A stretch of DNA of 64,000 nucleotides from Hydrolagus colliei (taxonomy: Eukaryota): NCBI GenBank assembly GCA_035084275.1, contig CM068750.1:5580001-5644000 (forward strand), given 5' to 3'. The notes under the pieces were generated by a model that saw nothing but the letters and a program-made list of their open reading frames with translations, was not told the origin of the DNA and searched no databases. Both the position numbers and the translations under genes were made by a program. How positions within the stretch are numbered: the first letter of the stretch is position 1; every line of letters begins with the position of its first letter. Below are positions 36,531 to 49,203 of the stretch, one piece after another.

Positions 36531-38540
36531 AAAACTCTACATCATGATTCTATTCTAAGAGTTCTGGAGTGTTAACTTCACCCTGAAACAGGGATTGTGC
36601 ATTTTTCTTCCACGGAGAGGGCGGGGAGAACTTGTACCTACGCAGGAAAATTAATAGAGCCTTGTAAGATAGAGTACAAGGCTGTAATTGAATCTCTGTA
36701 CATTGATGTCACGAATCACAACAACAAAGCTTGAGTGGGTTTCAATGTCATCAGAGCTAGTCACTGCTCCGTACCTGACATTGCCAGTAATGTCTGCATT
36801 ACTGATAATGTCTACATTACTCAAACTGGATTGAGTTCCACTTTGGCACTGCATATTGTTTTGATGGTTGCGTTCTTCAGCCATTGAGAAGTTGGGAATG
36901 AGGTATTTGATCAGGTTGTGCAGATATGATTGATAGCATACCCAATGGTGCATATCATCAGGTGTCTAGTATGGCAGCAAGGTCAATTTTTTTGATGACA
37001 TTAGATCATAGGAAAATATATGTGGTAGCAAGACCTATTTTAGTGTTACGATAGTTTCTTTCTTTAAAACAAGCGGCACTCAGCCTGTGACACAGACATA
37101 TCTTATATAGGTTACTTGTATATCAGGATTTAGTATTAATGCCCCTGTCTGTTTAAAGCCTTGTTCCACTGGCTTCATTGACTGCAAAATAGACCATTTC
37201 TCAGCAAAATGCTTGAGCACGTCACCTTACTTCAGTGTGGCAATATCAAAGAGATGCGTTACAATCAGAAAAACCCTAAGCTTCTCAAGTAATAATGGGA
37301 AAGTACGTTATAGCCCACCAGATGAATAGTGATGCTTTAAATCCTAATCCGTCAGGATTTACAAGTAAAACTGTTGAGATTCTTTTGTTTTGATACATAA
37401 AAGAAAACAAAATAAACTGACCCACATTCTGCATTGGTGGGTGCCAATTCGAGCACCATGAATATTGCCGCAAATTTATTTGACTCAAGATATTATTAAT
37501 TGATACATCTAAGCCTTCGAACCACCCAAAACAAATAATGGAATTTTAATCCACCCTACAGACTTTATATAATTGTTGTGTTTTGACTTCACATGCAGTC
37601 TGGTGCCCAGCGGGCATAAGCACACACTCTTTATGTTTCAGCGACTGATACGTTGCTTTCGTACAGGTAATTTCTTCAACAACCATGAAAAGAGGATTTG
37701 CATATTCTTTTATCCTGCCACTCCACCATGAATACAGATTACTGCAAACAGCTGATTCTTTCTTTTTGAAGGAACTCTAAACAGGAGGGACGTTACCAGC
37801 ACAAGAGTCTCTCAAAAATTCAAATGAGGACAATCTCCATGGCAATGATACTCGGTAACAATTAAGGTTGGTCCGCACAGCTGGGACACATCATGACCCC
37901 ACCGTCAGCAAATCTTAATGGGTTATCGTGGAAAGTATTGATTGTGTCTTTTAATCTTTGCAATTGTTGCATTTCCAACCTTCAAATGTACTGCAGTGCC
38001 ATTAGCTAATATCTGTTGTATGTTATGGTATTAATAATAAATCATGCCAGCAAATGTAATACAGTAGGCCAAATGTAAATATATATATATATACACACAT
38101 ACAGTATATGTATAATGCAATTTCGTTAGTACAGGTTAAGCTTTAGATCAGTATCCCTTTGAGAACAGCAGCAGAAAGCAACACCATCTAACAGTTTATG
38201 GCCATTAATGTGGATTAGGACCCATCCTGTAGTTCGGAAAATTTCCCCAGTTAAACTTTCACCTCACACTGCTACAAAAACCCAGGCACAAAATTAAAAA
38301 ACAACAACGAACGAAAGGAAGGAAGCAGTGTGCATTTGTAAAGCCACAAAGGCACTCTATGGGTTATCATCCTTAGCCTCCAAAAGCCATGCTTGATTAA
38401 TCTACATGAAATTCAGATTTTATGTGAATTGCAAATAAGAACAGATTATTTACTTGAAAAGCAATGGTGATATTTTTACGCAAGATGTCAATTCAATTTT
38501 AGCTCTCTTAGGGAGTGGGTGTGTGTGGTCGGGGGCGAGA

Positions 38541-38603
38541 TAACAACAACGGCAACAACAATATTATAATAATTACACAGCGCCTTTCACATTGGGAGGA
38601 CAT
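38541..38603 (-). mobile_element. L2 3' tail
   Basis: (aac)n...agcgcctttcacattgggaggaca. Confidence 0.75.
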
Positions 38604-38827
38604 TTAGAAAAGGTTCAGATTTTGTAGCCATTCCATGTTATTTTTGCATGATAACACGCTACACGCTACAGGATAAATGGCCTGCATGTGGTGCGATTGC
38701 ATCTGGTTTGTACTCCACAGTAATGTTTTTTCATATAATGGTTATACTCCGCAAGTCTCCACCCATCTTAATCTCCTTTCCCTCTACCCCTCCCGTACTT
38801 CTCTATTCTCCTCTCCCTTGTGTACGC

Positions 38828-39111
38828 CAGGGTGGTCCTACTGGTGGCCCCGCGGGCCGCATCTGGCCCACGGCGATGATTCCCAACCACATTGTCCGAT
38901 GAGCAAACAGAGGAGGCTCGCAGGCCTCAAGCCGAACAGGAGATGGTCACTTTGGGCTCAGACCCTGCCTGACAATCAGGAGACAGTCGCCAGCGGCTAA
39001 AGCTCTGCTCGGCAGTGGGACTGGGCAATCAGGAATATTGCTTAGGCGGCCCGAGGAAGTTTCTCAAACCTTGTATCCGCCTTTCAGCTGCAGATAGGTT
39101 GGACCACCCTG
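38828..39111. mobile_element. hAT (Charlie-like) non-autonomous element, 284 bp
   Basis: 11-bp perfect TIR cagggtggtcc / ggaccaccctg; subterminal ggccccgcgggccgcatctggccc; imperfect 8-bp TSD gtgtacgc / gtgtttgc; GC-rich. Confidence 0.9.
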
Positions 39112-39469
39112 GTGTTTGCAGCATAATGTCACCCAAGAATGTCTAAGCAGGTGGGAAAGAATCTGCTCGAACAGGGTTTGTTTATATTTTGTGACACTAT
39201 AAGAAGCCTTTGGCTGCAAGCAATACAGGTTTCACACCTTTCGCCTTCACACTGAAGTTTCTGAAAGCACAGGGAAAGGGAGAGAAGAAGACTTTACAAA
39301 TCCGCCTCATCTTTCTGATCCTACAGCAGGCCGTCTATGGAATACAGTTAGTTCTACTAAATTATCAGTGTTAGTGACATCAGCGAATGTCGTACTCTAT
39401 TTTCCGAGCATTCAAAAAAAATTTATATTGATTTCATACTACGTATGTTACATTTTGCTCCCAATGACT

Positions 39470-39690
39470 CAATTGACATTACTCAATCATGGACCTGAGC
39501 GATAAAGACCAGAAAACTCCCATGTTTTACCTCTTGTCTATACGTGTTTACTTGATTTCATCCACATATCAGTCAATGCAATTGCCTTCCACTTCTTGGA
39601 CTAGGGGAGTACGATTGAGCTGGCTTTCCCACTCTTGATCTCTATCTTGTGACTCTTGCGCTTTGAAAAGTGCACATGTTTAGCCATCAA
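39470..39690 (+). mobile_element. Highly decayed AmnSINE2/Nin-like SINE
   Basis: gaccagaaaactcccatg...tgcaattgcctt...ggactagggga...ttcccactcttgatctctatc..tgac...gaaaagtgcacatgt. Confidence 0.45.
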
Positions 39691-40849
39691 ACGACAACAA
39701 GATGGAGTTTAGCTGTAACATATCGAACCAGTCACATAATCCTGTTTGTGAACACGTGAATAATGGTCGATTGGTTTGAGGTACTGAAGTGGATTGGGTC
39801 GGAAGACATATGATGTATCCCATCAAGTGCCACCACTATTAGAAAAGGGAAGAAAATTCAAGGATTTTTTTTTTTACGTGTACATAAAGATTAAATATTT
39901 AAAATATGCATTTAAATCAATCATAAAAATGTTGGATTTTGCAACCAAACCCATGGTGATTGTCTTTTTGAGTGATTCTCATCCACAATTGAATGTGTTG
40001 TTCATCTCCATTGCTACAAAAGCTCACAAGTACTGCATCACTTAATATTGTATAACATGTATAACACAAGTTATACGTGTGCTTAGACTTTTCCCTAGGC
40101 TGGCAACCCACCAGGGGGATGAAGCTAACACTTGATACTTTGTTTGTCTCATCGTGCTGCAGCCTATCTCCAGCTATCTGATCCATATCCACTATGTGTT
40201 AGACACTGCAAAAGTAATCTATAATTATAGACGAGAGACTGCAGTGAGGGAGATGCGAGAAAAGCTTGAAATTAAAAAAAGCTAGTATTCCTATTCTTGG
40301 TCATGATTACTAAAGGTTTTCATTAATAATAATAATCCTTACACATTAATAATAATTGCCATCATGAAAAATATTTATGACTGGAATAATGTCTTTCAAA
40401 ATTGTTAAGTCAGTACGTAGATAACTTTTTAATTTACAATTATTAGATCATGATCCCACATCATAAAAATAATAGCTAATGAATATTGTTGAATTTTCAA
40501 TCCACTCACAGTAAATTATTTACCAGAGCATTTCTGTAATGATGGGGTTTCATGGGCATGTATAAATCTACACTTAGAAATGCCTTGTTACAAAACGACG
40601 AAAGATTAAATGTTCCTAACTTGGTTAGGATTGTCACAAATAGAAATACAATGTTAAGTTACTTTTCGATCTTGAGAGCTGTCAAAAATCTGGTTTGAAA
40701 TGTTTTGTTCCAAAAGTAAATATGAAAAACTGATTAATGGTGATGTTGCATAGATTAGATTTTTGATGGTTTTGAAATACAGACTATTTAGGATAAGTGC
40801 CAAACTGGAATCATGCCAGCCTATAATGAAACCTGTCTCCACTGGTTTA

Positions 40850-41310
40850 ACTCTTATTTTCGGTCTCTCTCCCTCTCATAAAAAAACAAATGATTCTTTA
40901 ATGAAAAACATTCTTGTCCATTGCTCCTTATTTGGTCTCACCTTTCTCTTTATATCAATCAATTTTCTCTTTCTTTTTTTATTATCTCATCTTATCTCAC
41001 CTTTTTCCGTTTCAGTTCATATTTTTCTCTCATCATTTACGTTTCCTCATGATTTCATTCTCATCTGATGCGCCTTTCCTTTACTTTCTCTATTTTTCAG
41101 AGTCCCTCTCAGTCCCACATATCAGACAATCCCCATTTCTCAAGATTTTTACATAATAACTACCCCCTTTTTTACACTCTGGGAATTTATTCTTTCCTGA
41201 AAATCTCCTGTTTTCTATTTACCATATTCCAGCTCTGATTCTCTCTATCATCGGCTTTTGCTCCTGTATTCTCCATGGCTCTGTTCTCCATCTTCTGGCT
41301 CCAATCCCTG
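40850..41310 (+). repeat. Pyrimidine-rich, G-poor low-complexity tract
   Basis: About 450 bp of T/C-dominated plus strand without a clear period. Confidence 0.75.
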
Positions 41311-41662
41311 TAATCTATTGGCTTTGAGTAAACGCATGAATACACAGAGAATGCATCTGCTATAATTCTGTCACATCAAAACAGCTGCCGCGCCCTACAT
41401 TAAAGCAAGAAGTATTTGAAAACTTAAACTTTATTACTCAAATTCTCTTATAAACAACTGTGAAGCAAGAGAATCTCTCAAATGATTACTTTATATAACC
41501 TACATCAGCCAACCTTTATTTCGCTACACGCAAGTTGTTTTGAACTATATCAAAATCACTGATAAAGACAGGGGAAAAAAACTCAACGGTAAATCCGTTT
41601 GCCTTAACTAAAAAGCACACTGGATCATTCTGAGAGGCACTGCCTTGCTCACCTTTTCTCTT

Positions 41663-41807
41663 AATAATAATCCTTGCATTTTGTCTTACAAATATAATAA
41701 TGTGGTTGTACATAAACAGTCAATTCACTTTCCAATATTCTATTGAAGCACTTGGAGACGTCTTGAAGGCACGATGAGGCGCGATATCAAATGCAAGGAT
41801 TGTTATT
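41663..41807. mobile_element. SINE 3' fragment bracketed by inverted copies of its own tail
   Basis: aataataatccttgcattt (41663-41681) and aaatgcaaggattgttatt (41789-41807) are 18/19 inverted. Confidence 0.8.
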
Positions 41808-43039
41808 CTTCTTATCATCACGTCTGTCAAGACATCTCGGTACTGTACTGTACATTTAGAAAAACTGCTTCAGTGTAACAATGAACACTTGGCTACTGAC
41901 AGTAGACCGAATGAACAATGTGCACTACCTTGCATTGCTACAAAACATCCGGTATAAAACTGACCAGCCTTTCCTTCCCCTATTGTTTTTCTGCCCCTAA
42001 AAATAGATGTGTATACAGGCATATACGTTCCATCGGGTGGGTGGGGGTTTGGTGGGTGGGGGGAAGAGGAATGATTTATGGATGACCTATTGCTATGCAC
42101 AGGACAACAAAAAAAGAGATTTTCTGTCAGAATCTAAAACAGTAATCATCACTTTCCTTTATCGGTTGTAGAAATCATACCAGCACTTTTGATCCGCCGG
42201 TTTTCTGCCTCCATGAACAAAAATAAGAGTAAAGAGCAGGGTTAAACACACACTTCCCGCACTGTCGAACAGTAATGTCAGGATTATCCTAAGGAATCTG
42301 CTAGATAAAACAGTAATAAGACCCTTACAAATTCTACTGAGATATGCACCTATCAAGTTGAAGGAAAGGTCAGTTATAAAATAGGACTGAAGTAAAACAC
42401 CACAGGTCATATAGTTTGGATACAAATAAAAGCTCCTGGCTTTGGTTCAGTGGTGCTCATTTAATTGGCGGAGTGTATCCTGCAAGCTATTAGTGTTTCT
42501 CTATGTAGGGAGCTAGCTGTCAGGTTTCACTTAATATGCTGTTTACCTCGGAACCCTGTTCAGATTGATACAACAGTTGAAACAGATCTCGAGTTATTGT
42601 TCTAAATCTTGCTCACTTGACAGAAATGTGTATTTCTTGACATATTATCTGCATCTCACTGCTGGGCAAACTCCCAACAAAGGATTTCAGAGAAGGCAGA
42701 ATAATTTAATGTCTGAGAAGAGTGGGGAGGTCTCCTATCTGATTTGGCACAAATCCCAGTGCATTAGTAGATCTGCTGCACTGCTGATATTAGTAGGTGG
42801 TCTTGTTCTCATCTGAACAATGTTGTTATTCCTTCTGTCACGCAGCAGTAGGATGTGAGCATTTTATTTCTTTGCTCACCTTGTACAACCGAACATCACA
42901 GGCTCAAAGTCAGTGGTCAGGGCTTCTTGCAGAGGATTAACTCAAAAGAGTTGGGTGGAGTGGAGGGGGTGGGGGGTAATATTATGCAAACCCGATGCTG
43001 GCAATGGTAGTGACAACACAAGTCATCTACAGCTTGCGT

Positions 43040-43280
43040 TGTGAAGACGTGAACTGGAATGGAACAAAGCTCAATCAATGTCTGAAAGGCTAGACACAAC
43101 CCTTCAGAACAACATGTCTGCTCTCATCCGATTATCTTTGTTGTAATTAAGAGTCATCGTGCACCAAAATATTACTTGTTTTTCTATTTCATGTGTTGAT
43201 TGACCTGCTCTGAATTCCTAGCATGTTTGTTTCACATTTTCACATTTGTTTCACAGGTGCAGGGTTTTGTTTTTATTTCT
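43040..43280 (+). mobile_element. Penelope-like 3' remnant
   Basis: tgattgacctgctctgaattcctagcatgtttgttt...gtgcagggttttg resembles the recalled shark Penelope tail (tgacctgctgag..ccagcattttctg..tgcagtattttg). Confidence 0.4.
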
Positions 43281-45364
43281 GACACTGAAACGTGAACTGA
43301 ATGCTGCACCTTAAGGGTAAAATTCAAACTTTCTGATCTTATATACTGTAGGAGAAAATGATTTTCCCCTTCTACACTTTACATGTTGTCAAACCGAGTT
43401 TGAGAGATGTCCAACACCATCATTACGCAATGCGGAGTACAGTATTGCCTAAATAAGACACAGAAACACAATCGAATTACGTTAAAAAGACAATTTCTTT
43501 TTGGATGCAGATATATGAGCGTAATCTCAAAAGGTTAAAATCAAAGGAACGCACGGGCCATGATAAAAAAAATACCATTAAGATGGCTAACTGAAGAAGA
43601 GGTAATTTGATTCCAAGTGCATTCATTCACTTGGTTATAGTTTGTGGCACGTATTTTGTAGGATGAACATTCTTTAGATGTGCACAATATTATAAGTGTC
43701 GTCCCCATTCCTGAAATAGAAAAGGTTTAAAACTCTTTCAGTATGAAAATCCAGATGCTATAGGCAGATAACAAAATAAAATCTGCCCAAGGCCAGACTA
43801 CAAGCATTGCGATAAAGTCAGAGCTGATGGAAGAATACAAGCATGATATACACACTGCGAACCGAAAACTCTCAGGTCAATTTCAGTGTGTTTCCTAACA
43901 TTGTGCTTTTGACTATAATACCGCCAAGTTCAAAGTCGTCAATTGCATCCACCAGCTATTGTACAATTCATTATTGTTCTCCAAAAGTGATTTATTGCTG
44001 CAGGGGTGTCATTATGGACTTATTAAGAAATAAGCAATTGTTAAAATGGTATTTATTGTGCACATACGTTACATGGGGTGTAAAGTTCTGCTCAGCTACA
44101 GGAAATAGTGGACAAACTGTGACTTCCCTGCATATTCGGTAAACACTCAAGTCATTTCACAGCATTAACCTCAATCTTCTTAAAGTACATGTTCTGAAGT
44201 CGCTCGCCAGCACTCGCATCTGTAGCACTCCGCAAGAGTTCAAGCATAGGGAAGTGGTTGTCTGGTTAAAAACAACAATACCCAAAGTGCTCTTGTATAA
44301 AGATTACTTCAGCTTTCAGGAGGTTGCCCACTAACAACCACACTGCTGAATTATTTTATCTAGCTGTGAGCAGGGCCGGCTTGCTTTTAGCCTGTGGATC
44401 TTCGCAAAGCTCCCTTGTTGTACAAGAAATGTTTCTAACAAAAGGCTACCTTGTAAATCTATATTGTGTTTCCTTTGAACAGATAGTGAAACTCACTGCT
44501 GCTCAGCCCCATAAATGGATGTAAATAATATAATCTACCTAGCTTGGTGCTGTAGGTGATTCTAAATACTCTACACAACCTTCTCCTAGCTGGATAATGA
44601 AACTCTACCTCACTCAGTCCACAGTTCTACAGCTAGACAGTATAACTAACTCAGTAGTCAGTCAGATGTATTTCACATCACAGAGTACTAGAGTCACTCC
44701 ATGTCTGTGTTTCTCTTTCAGATCTTGATTTCTACCTTAAAAAGGAATCAATGCTTCAAAAATCTCTACTTTTAGAGATTATGCCCAATAAAGATTCCGA
44801 GGGAGGAAGTGCGAGCAATTGAATCTTTCTGCCTTTTGTTGGATTACCCAAAATAATTTCATAACGGTAAATGTTTAGTCCTCCAAATCCTTGGTGTATC
44901 GCCTAAAAGTCTTGGCATTAGCAGCATTATTCTGCTGAGACCAGATAGTTAAATGGACCACAAAAGTAAAAGATCTTTTAATACTTAATAATGAAGGTTA
45001 TACTTCTCGCATAAAAAGCCATTATGTACAATATAGCCATAGTAATGCCGGTTGCCAATGTCATTTCGATGTTTTCATCCTTGGAATCCGAGATTCCTTC
45101 TTCCAGTTACCAGATGTACTTGACTGTTAAAATTGTTTCCCAGTCGGAGCCAGGTAATTGTGAATAAAGTAATTAAATTGTCACCACTGGTGCATGCAAA
45201 GAATGTGAGCGGCAGCACACCTGTGTTACATTGATCCCCTGCCTGGAAACAAGGGTTTCTTGGGTGGTGCTTTGATATCGTGGAAGCCTTTCTCTTAAAA
45301 CCTATTAATTTATGACTGGGGGTGAGGGGGAAGGGTGGAGTCCATTGGAACCATATCAGTCATG

Positions 45365-45410
45365 CAACAACAACAATAAAATTACACTGGGAGGACGTCC
45401 CAAGGTGCTG
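45365..45410 (-). mobile_element. L2 tail with internal deletion
   Basis: (caa)n aaattaca/ctgggaggacgtcccaaggtgctg. Confidence 0.75.
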
Positions 45411-46759
45411 ATTTAGGTAAGTAGTACACCTTTCTAACACTGAAAGAGCATCCCCTCCCCTAACACCCACACAATTAGTGGCTGGTGATCAAATTCAAAC
45501 CAAATTCAATCAAGACAATAGGGCAAATTTTTGGAAAGTCCTGTGACATTTCTACTCTAAGGGACTGGTCAGTTGAAAAAACAGTCTGGGATTGGGGAAT
45601 AATGTTCTTGTTCCTTAAGAAAGTTGGATTGCGCCCAATTCATTTTAGTTTGGGCACTTGTTTGATGTACCTGGCATTAAATTGTATTGGATGGTTTCTG
45701 GTACCACAGAGCACTGATGCATTGCACGTACAGGTATTGATTCAATTTCATTTTGCAAAACCAACCAATTTTTAGCTCACATTATTCTTTCCTGGGGAAT
45801 ATGCGAGCTTGTATGTCGAAGGCAGATTTTCATTTCTGTACCGTTGGCTTTCTAATTGAATACATCAGGGGCAAAAAACAATAACTAATGCGGATTAAGC
45901 AAACTCTGCGTTGTGATGCTTGAGATAGGCAGTTTGCAGAGAAACTAGGAAAATAAACAAAGGTAACTTGGTGGTGGGTGGGCTGTTGCGGTGGATTCAC
46001 TCCACTCTATAATTGAAGAGCCACAAATCTTAGAGTTGTATATTATCAAGGCTGAACACGATAGAGAAATGCGAAATAAGGCAGGGAAAAGTTTTTAAAA
46101 GCTTATCGGAGACCCTACCTCTGTTAAGCGTTTGAGATGTGCTACATAGATGCAAGTTGTTTTTGTTGATGGAACAAGGAAGAGAAGACAAACAGAGTTG
46201 TAGTATTAGTAAGATAAAAACAAAATGATTACAAATGAGAAAAGGCAGAGAATAGAGGATCAAATACTGAACGACAAGCATTCCACTCAGGAATCAGGCA
46301 ACAGTGATCAAAGAGCCTCTGCGGTTAGGGAAGTCATACAACATTCAATTCTTCCAAGCTAAGGTTGTTAAATGACCAAGATTTAGTTGAATATTTAATG
46401 CTGAGCAGATATTTTTTATGTTCATTTATAGGTTTCAAAATTAACCTATAAATGCAATTTGGACCCTTGTCAGCCTCTTCAGTGCTCTATAATTTCAGAA
46501 AATTTGATGCTTGTTATGATCTAGTTTTTGCCTGCACAATAAAGTAATTTTACTAGTGCACATTACTGAACATGTTTAAGAGCCCACAATGCAGAACATG
46601 TTTGAGCATCACTTTTTTTTGTTAATTTCAGCAATTCTTCCTTTTCACAATCAGGAATTTCTCACAACATCTCTTTTTCTCTTCCCATGATCAATTGACA
46701 CCTACAATTTATGCCTGCAATTTAAAAACACATACCTTACAAGGTCTAATTACTATCTT

Positions 46760-47215
46760 GGCAGACCCCCAACATAACCTAAATCTGCTCCCACGCCTCT
46801 TGTCACCTCCAGACTTGACTTTGGCAGTGCCCAATTTGTTGGGCACTGCCAAAGTTCAATCCTCCATAGATCATCCAAAATCCTATGCTTTTATTCTTTC
46901 CATTTCCATTCTTTCCACAAGCCCACCCACCGTCAACAGGCTCCACTGGCATCCTATCACTATAGGATTATCTTTAACGTCCTCATTCGAACTTTCAAAT
47001 ATCTCCAAGTCCTTTCCCTACCCCATCTCTATGTTCCCTGCAGTATTACTGCCCCACCATTCTACTCTACTCTGCCAACTCTGGCCTACTCCACTTACCC
47101 ACCCACTTTAGCTTACTTTTAGTGAGTGAACCTTCATTCACTTTGCGACTGCTCCCGACCCGTCCTCGCCCTTTTGGTTTTCTAAAACCTACATCTTTGA
47201 CTATCCCTTTGGTCA
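46760..47215 (+). mobile_element. Old L2 ORF2 C-terminal fragment
   Basis: VTSRLDFGSAQFVG and RLHWHPI match L2 VTSRLDY.N.LL.G and LHWLPV. Confidence 0.8.
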
Positions 47216-47225
47216 TTCCATCTTT

Positions 47226-47560
47226 GCAACGACAACAACAAAATTACATTTGTATAGTACACTTCACGTCGGGAGGACATCCCAAAGCACTGGATACTTA
47301 GTACTTCAGACCCAAACTGGGGTTGGGATCGGGGAGGATGGAGGGAAGGGAGGGGAAGTGGGTGACTAATAGCAAGGTCAAAGAGGAGGGTCATAAGGCG
47401 GGACTTGAAGAAATGGGCTGCAGATTCCTGGATGATCTATGGCCTATAGAGGGAGAAATTGGGGAGGCAGACAAGCAGGGTGTTGGTATAGTCGAGCCTG
47501 GACATGTTGAAGGCACAAATGAGAGTTTTAGCACGCCTGAGGGGTGGTGTAGTAGTTAGT
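47226..47560 (-). mobile_element. L2 3' tail plus adjacent antisense L2 fragments
   Basis: (caa)n aaattacatttgtatag..cacgtcgggaggacatcccaaagcactg; gtatagtcgagcctggac is antisense SRLDY. Confidence 0.75.
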
Positions 47561-48835
47561 AGTGTGGGGAGTGTAAAGGTCTTTGAGATATTTAACTACA
47601 TGGGTGGCACTGTAAAAGTGAAAGCAATTGTGAAATTGCATATCGCATGAAGTAAATATTAGGTCATGATTTAAAAGAATATGATCTGGATTCTAATTTT
47701 TTTAAATAAAAGTTTTAAACCCCACAAAATAACAATTTGTTAATCTGACTCAAAGTGACATTTGGGGAGCGATGTACAGTATCTTATTTTAAATTGGCTT
47801 GTTCCTGATCACACTAATCTCCCATTGGGAGTTAATACAAGCAACAAGATATCTGTGTCATTCCCCCGTCATTGAGTAAAGATGGTCTTCTTCTACACAT
47901 GATATATGCTGGATCCTTTATAAACAAGGCTTCAGTGCTATAAGGGTTAAACTTATTTGTTTACCCAGCAATAATAAAATCTATTCCAGAACGCCCACAA
48001 CCTTGTGATCTTTCGCTACTGATGCAATTCTCAAACACTCACGGTTGTGTTCACACGCACTTCTTGCCCAGATGAATGGTATATTGATAGTAGGATTCCC
48101 AACAGCTACAGAAACACATTCCAATGGAAAACCTAAAAGAGAGGATGGAAAAGAGAAACCCCCCCAAAACACATTAAAATCACATCACAATATTTTCTCT
48201 GCAAATCTACTAAGCACAGTCTAAATAAAGGAAAGAAAACAGTGAAACATATTATTGTACACTCCTAAAATAGATACTCTAAGCCAACTTGTGCACAATC
48301 TGAATGAATGGTAATGATGCATATCTATCAGACAGCAGGACACAGCTGATAAAACAGACAGCTCATCATAGGAAATATTGGTTGCTATATATGCGCTTCA
48401 CACCCCTCTCTCTCTCTCTGTTCTCCTTTAATGATATAAGATTAAGCTCTGGTGCACATCCTTGGGTACAGGTCATTCTTGTGATTCCAAATATATTCTA
48501 TGGAATGGAAATTATTTCATATTACAGTATGGGGGACGATTATTTTTAGATCATTTAATAATTCAGAATAAAACACTATCTATTCAATGAAATTAAACTG
48601 CGCTGGCAACTTTATAGAGTACCATGAAGTTTATAAGGGTGGCCAATAGTTGAAAGGAAATTTACCATTTTTCATAAGCTATACATATTTTGGCCTTTCC
48701 AATCTGTTTACACATATGGAATCAATGACATCTGCTCTAACAATTTAAATCAACCTCAGAAAGGCTTCTCAAAGTCCAAAACTTCTACATGTCTTTCTTA
48801 ATACTTACAAGTAATGGTAATATTTTGAACTAGTT

Positions 48836-49203
48836 CCTTATATCAAAGCATCTCAATGTGCTTCAAATGTTCCTGTAAAATGTACTGATGTAGATTTGTG
48901 GGCAGCCAATTTACACAAAGCAATTTCCCACAAACAACCATAAAGTGAATGATAAATTTAACTGGAGGATTGTTGGCCAGGACACTGGGACGGAAACTCC
49001 TTTCTCTTTACAAATAATGTCAATGGGATCTTCAACATCCATCAGAACAGGCTGGATGATAGGACAATGTCTCCTGCAAAGTAGCAGTTAGCCCCAGCAC
49101 TGCAATGTCAATCTAAATGAATGAGCTCGAAATCTTGACACTGGGCTCGATCCTACAACCTAGTAACTTTGAGACAAGAATGCTATCAATTCAACCAGGC
49201 TGA
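48836..49203 (-). mobile_element. Near full-length Deu-domain SINE (SacSINE1/AmnSINE1-like)
   Basis: gcagccaattt..cccacaaaca..ttggccaggacactggga..aactcc..atgggatctt..catcca..gtcaatcta..gctc..aacc..gagacaagaatgcta is colinear with the recalled Deu-SINE consensus. Confidence 0.75.

Noticed and set aside
36651-36953. 100-aa minus ORF with protein-like low-complexity middle
   Set aside because: Partly explained by a short tandem duplication (taatgtct.cattact); no convincing exon boundaries or homology recognised.
44718-44867. Possible internal exon (tttctctttcag ... cg|gtaaat)
   Set aside because: Splice-like signals exist but no convincing open coding frame; unsupported without RNA data.
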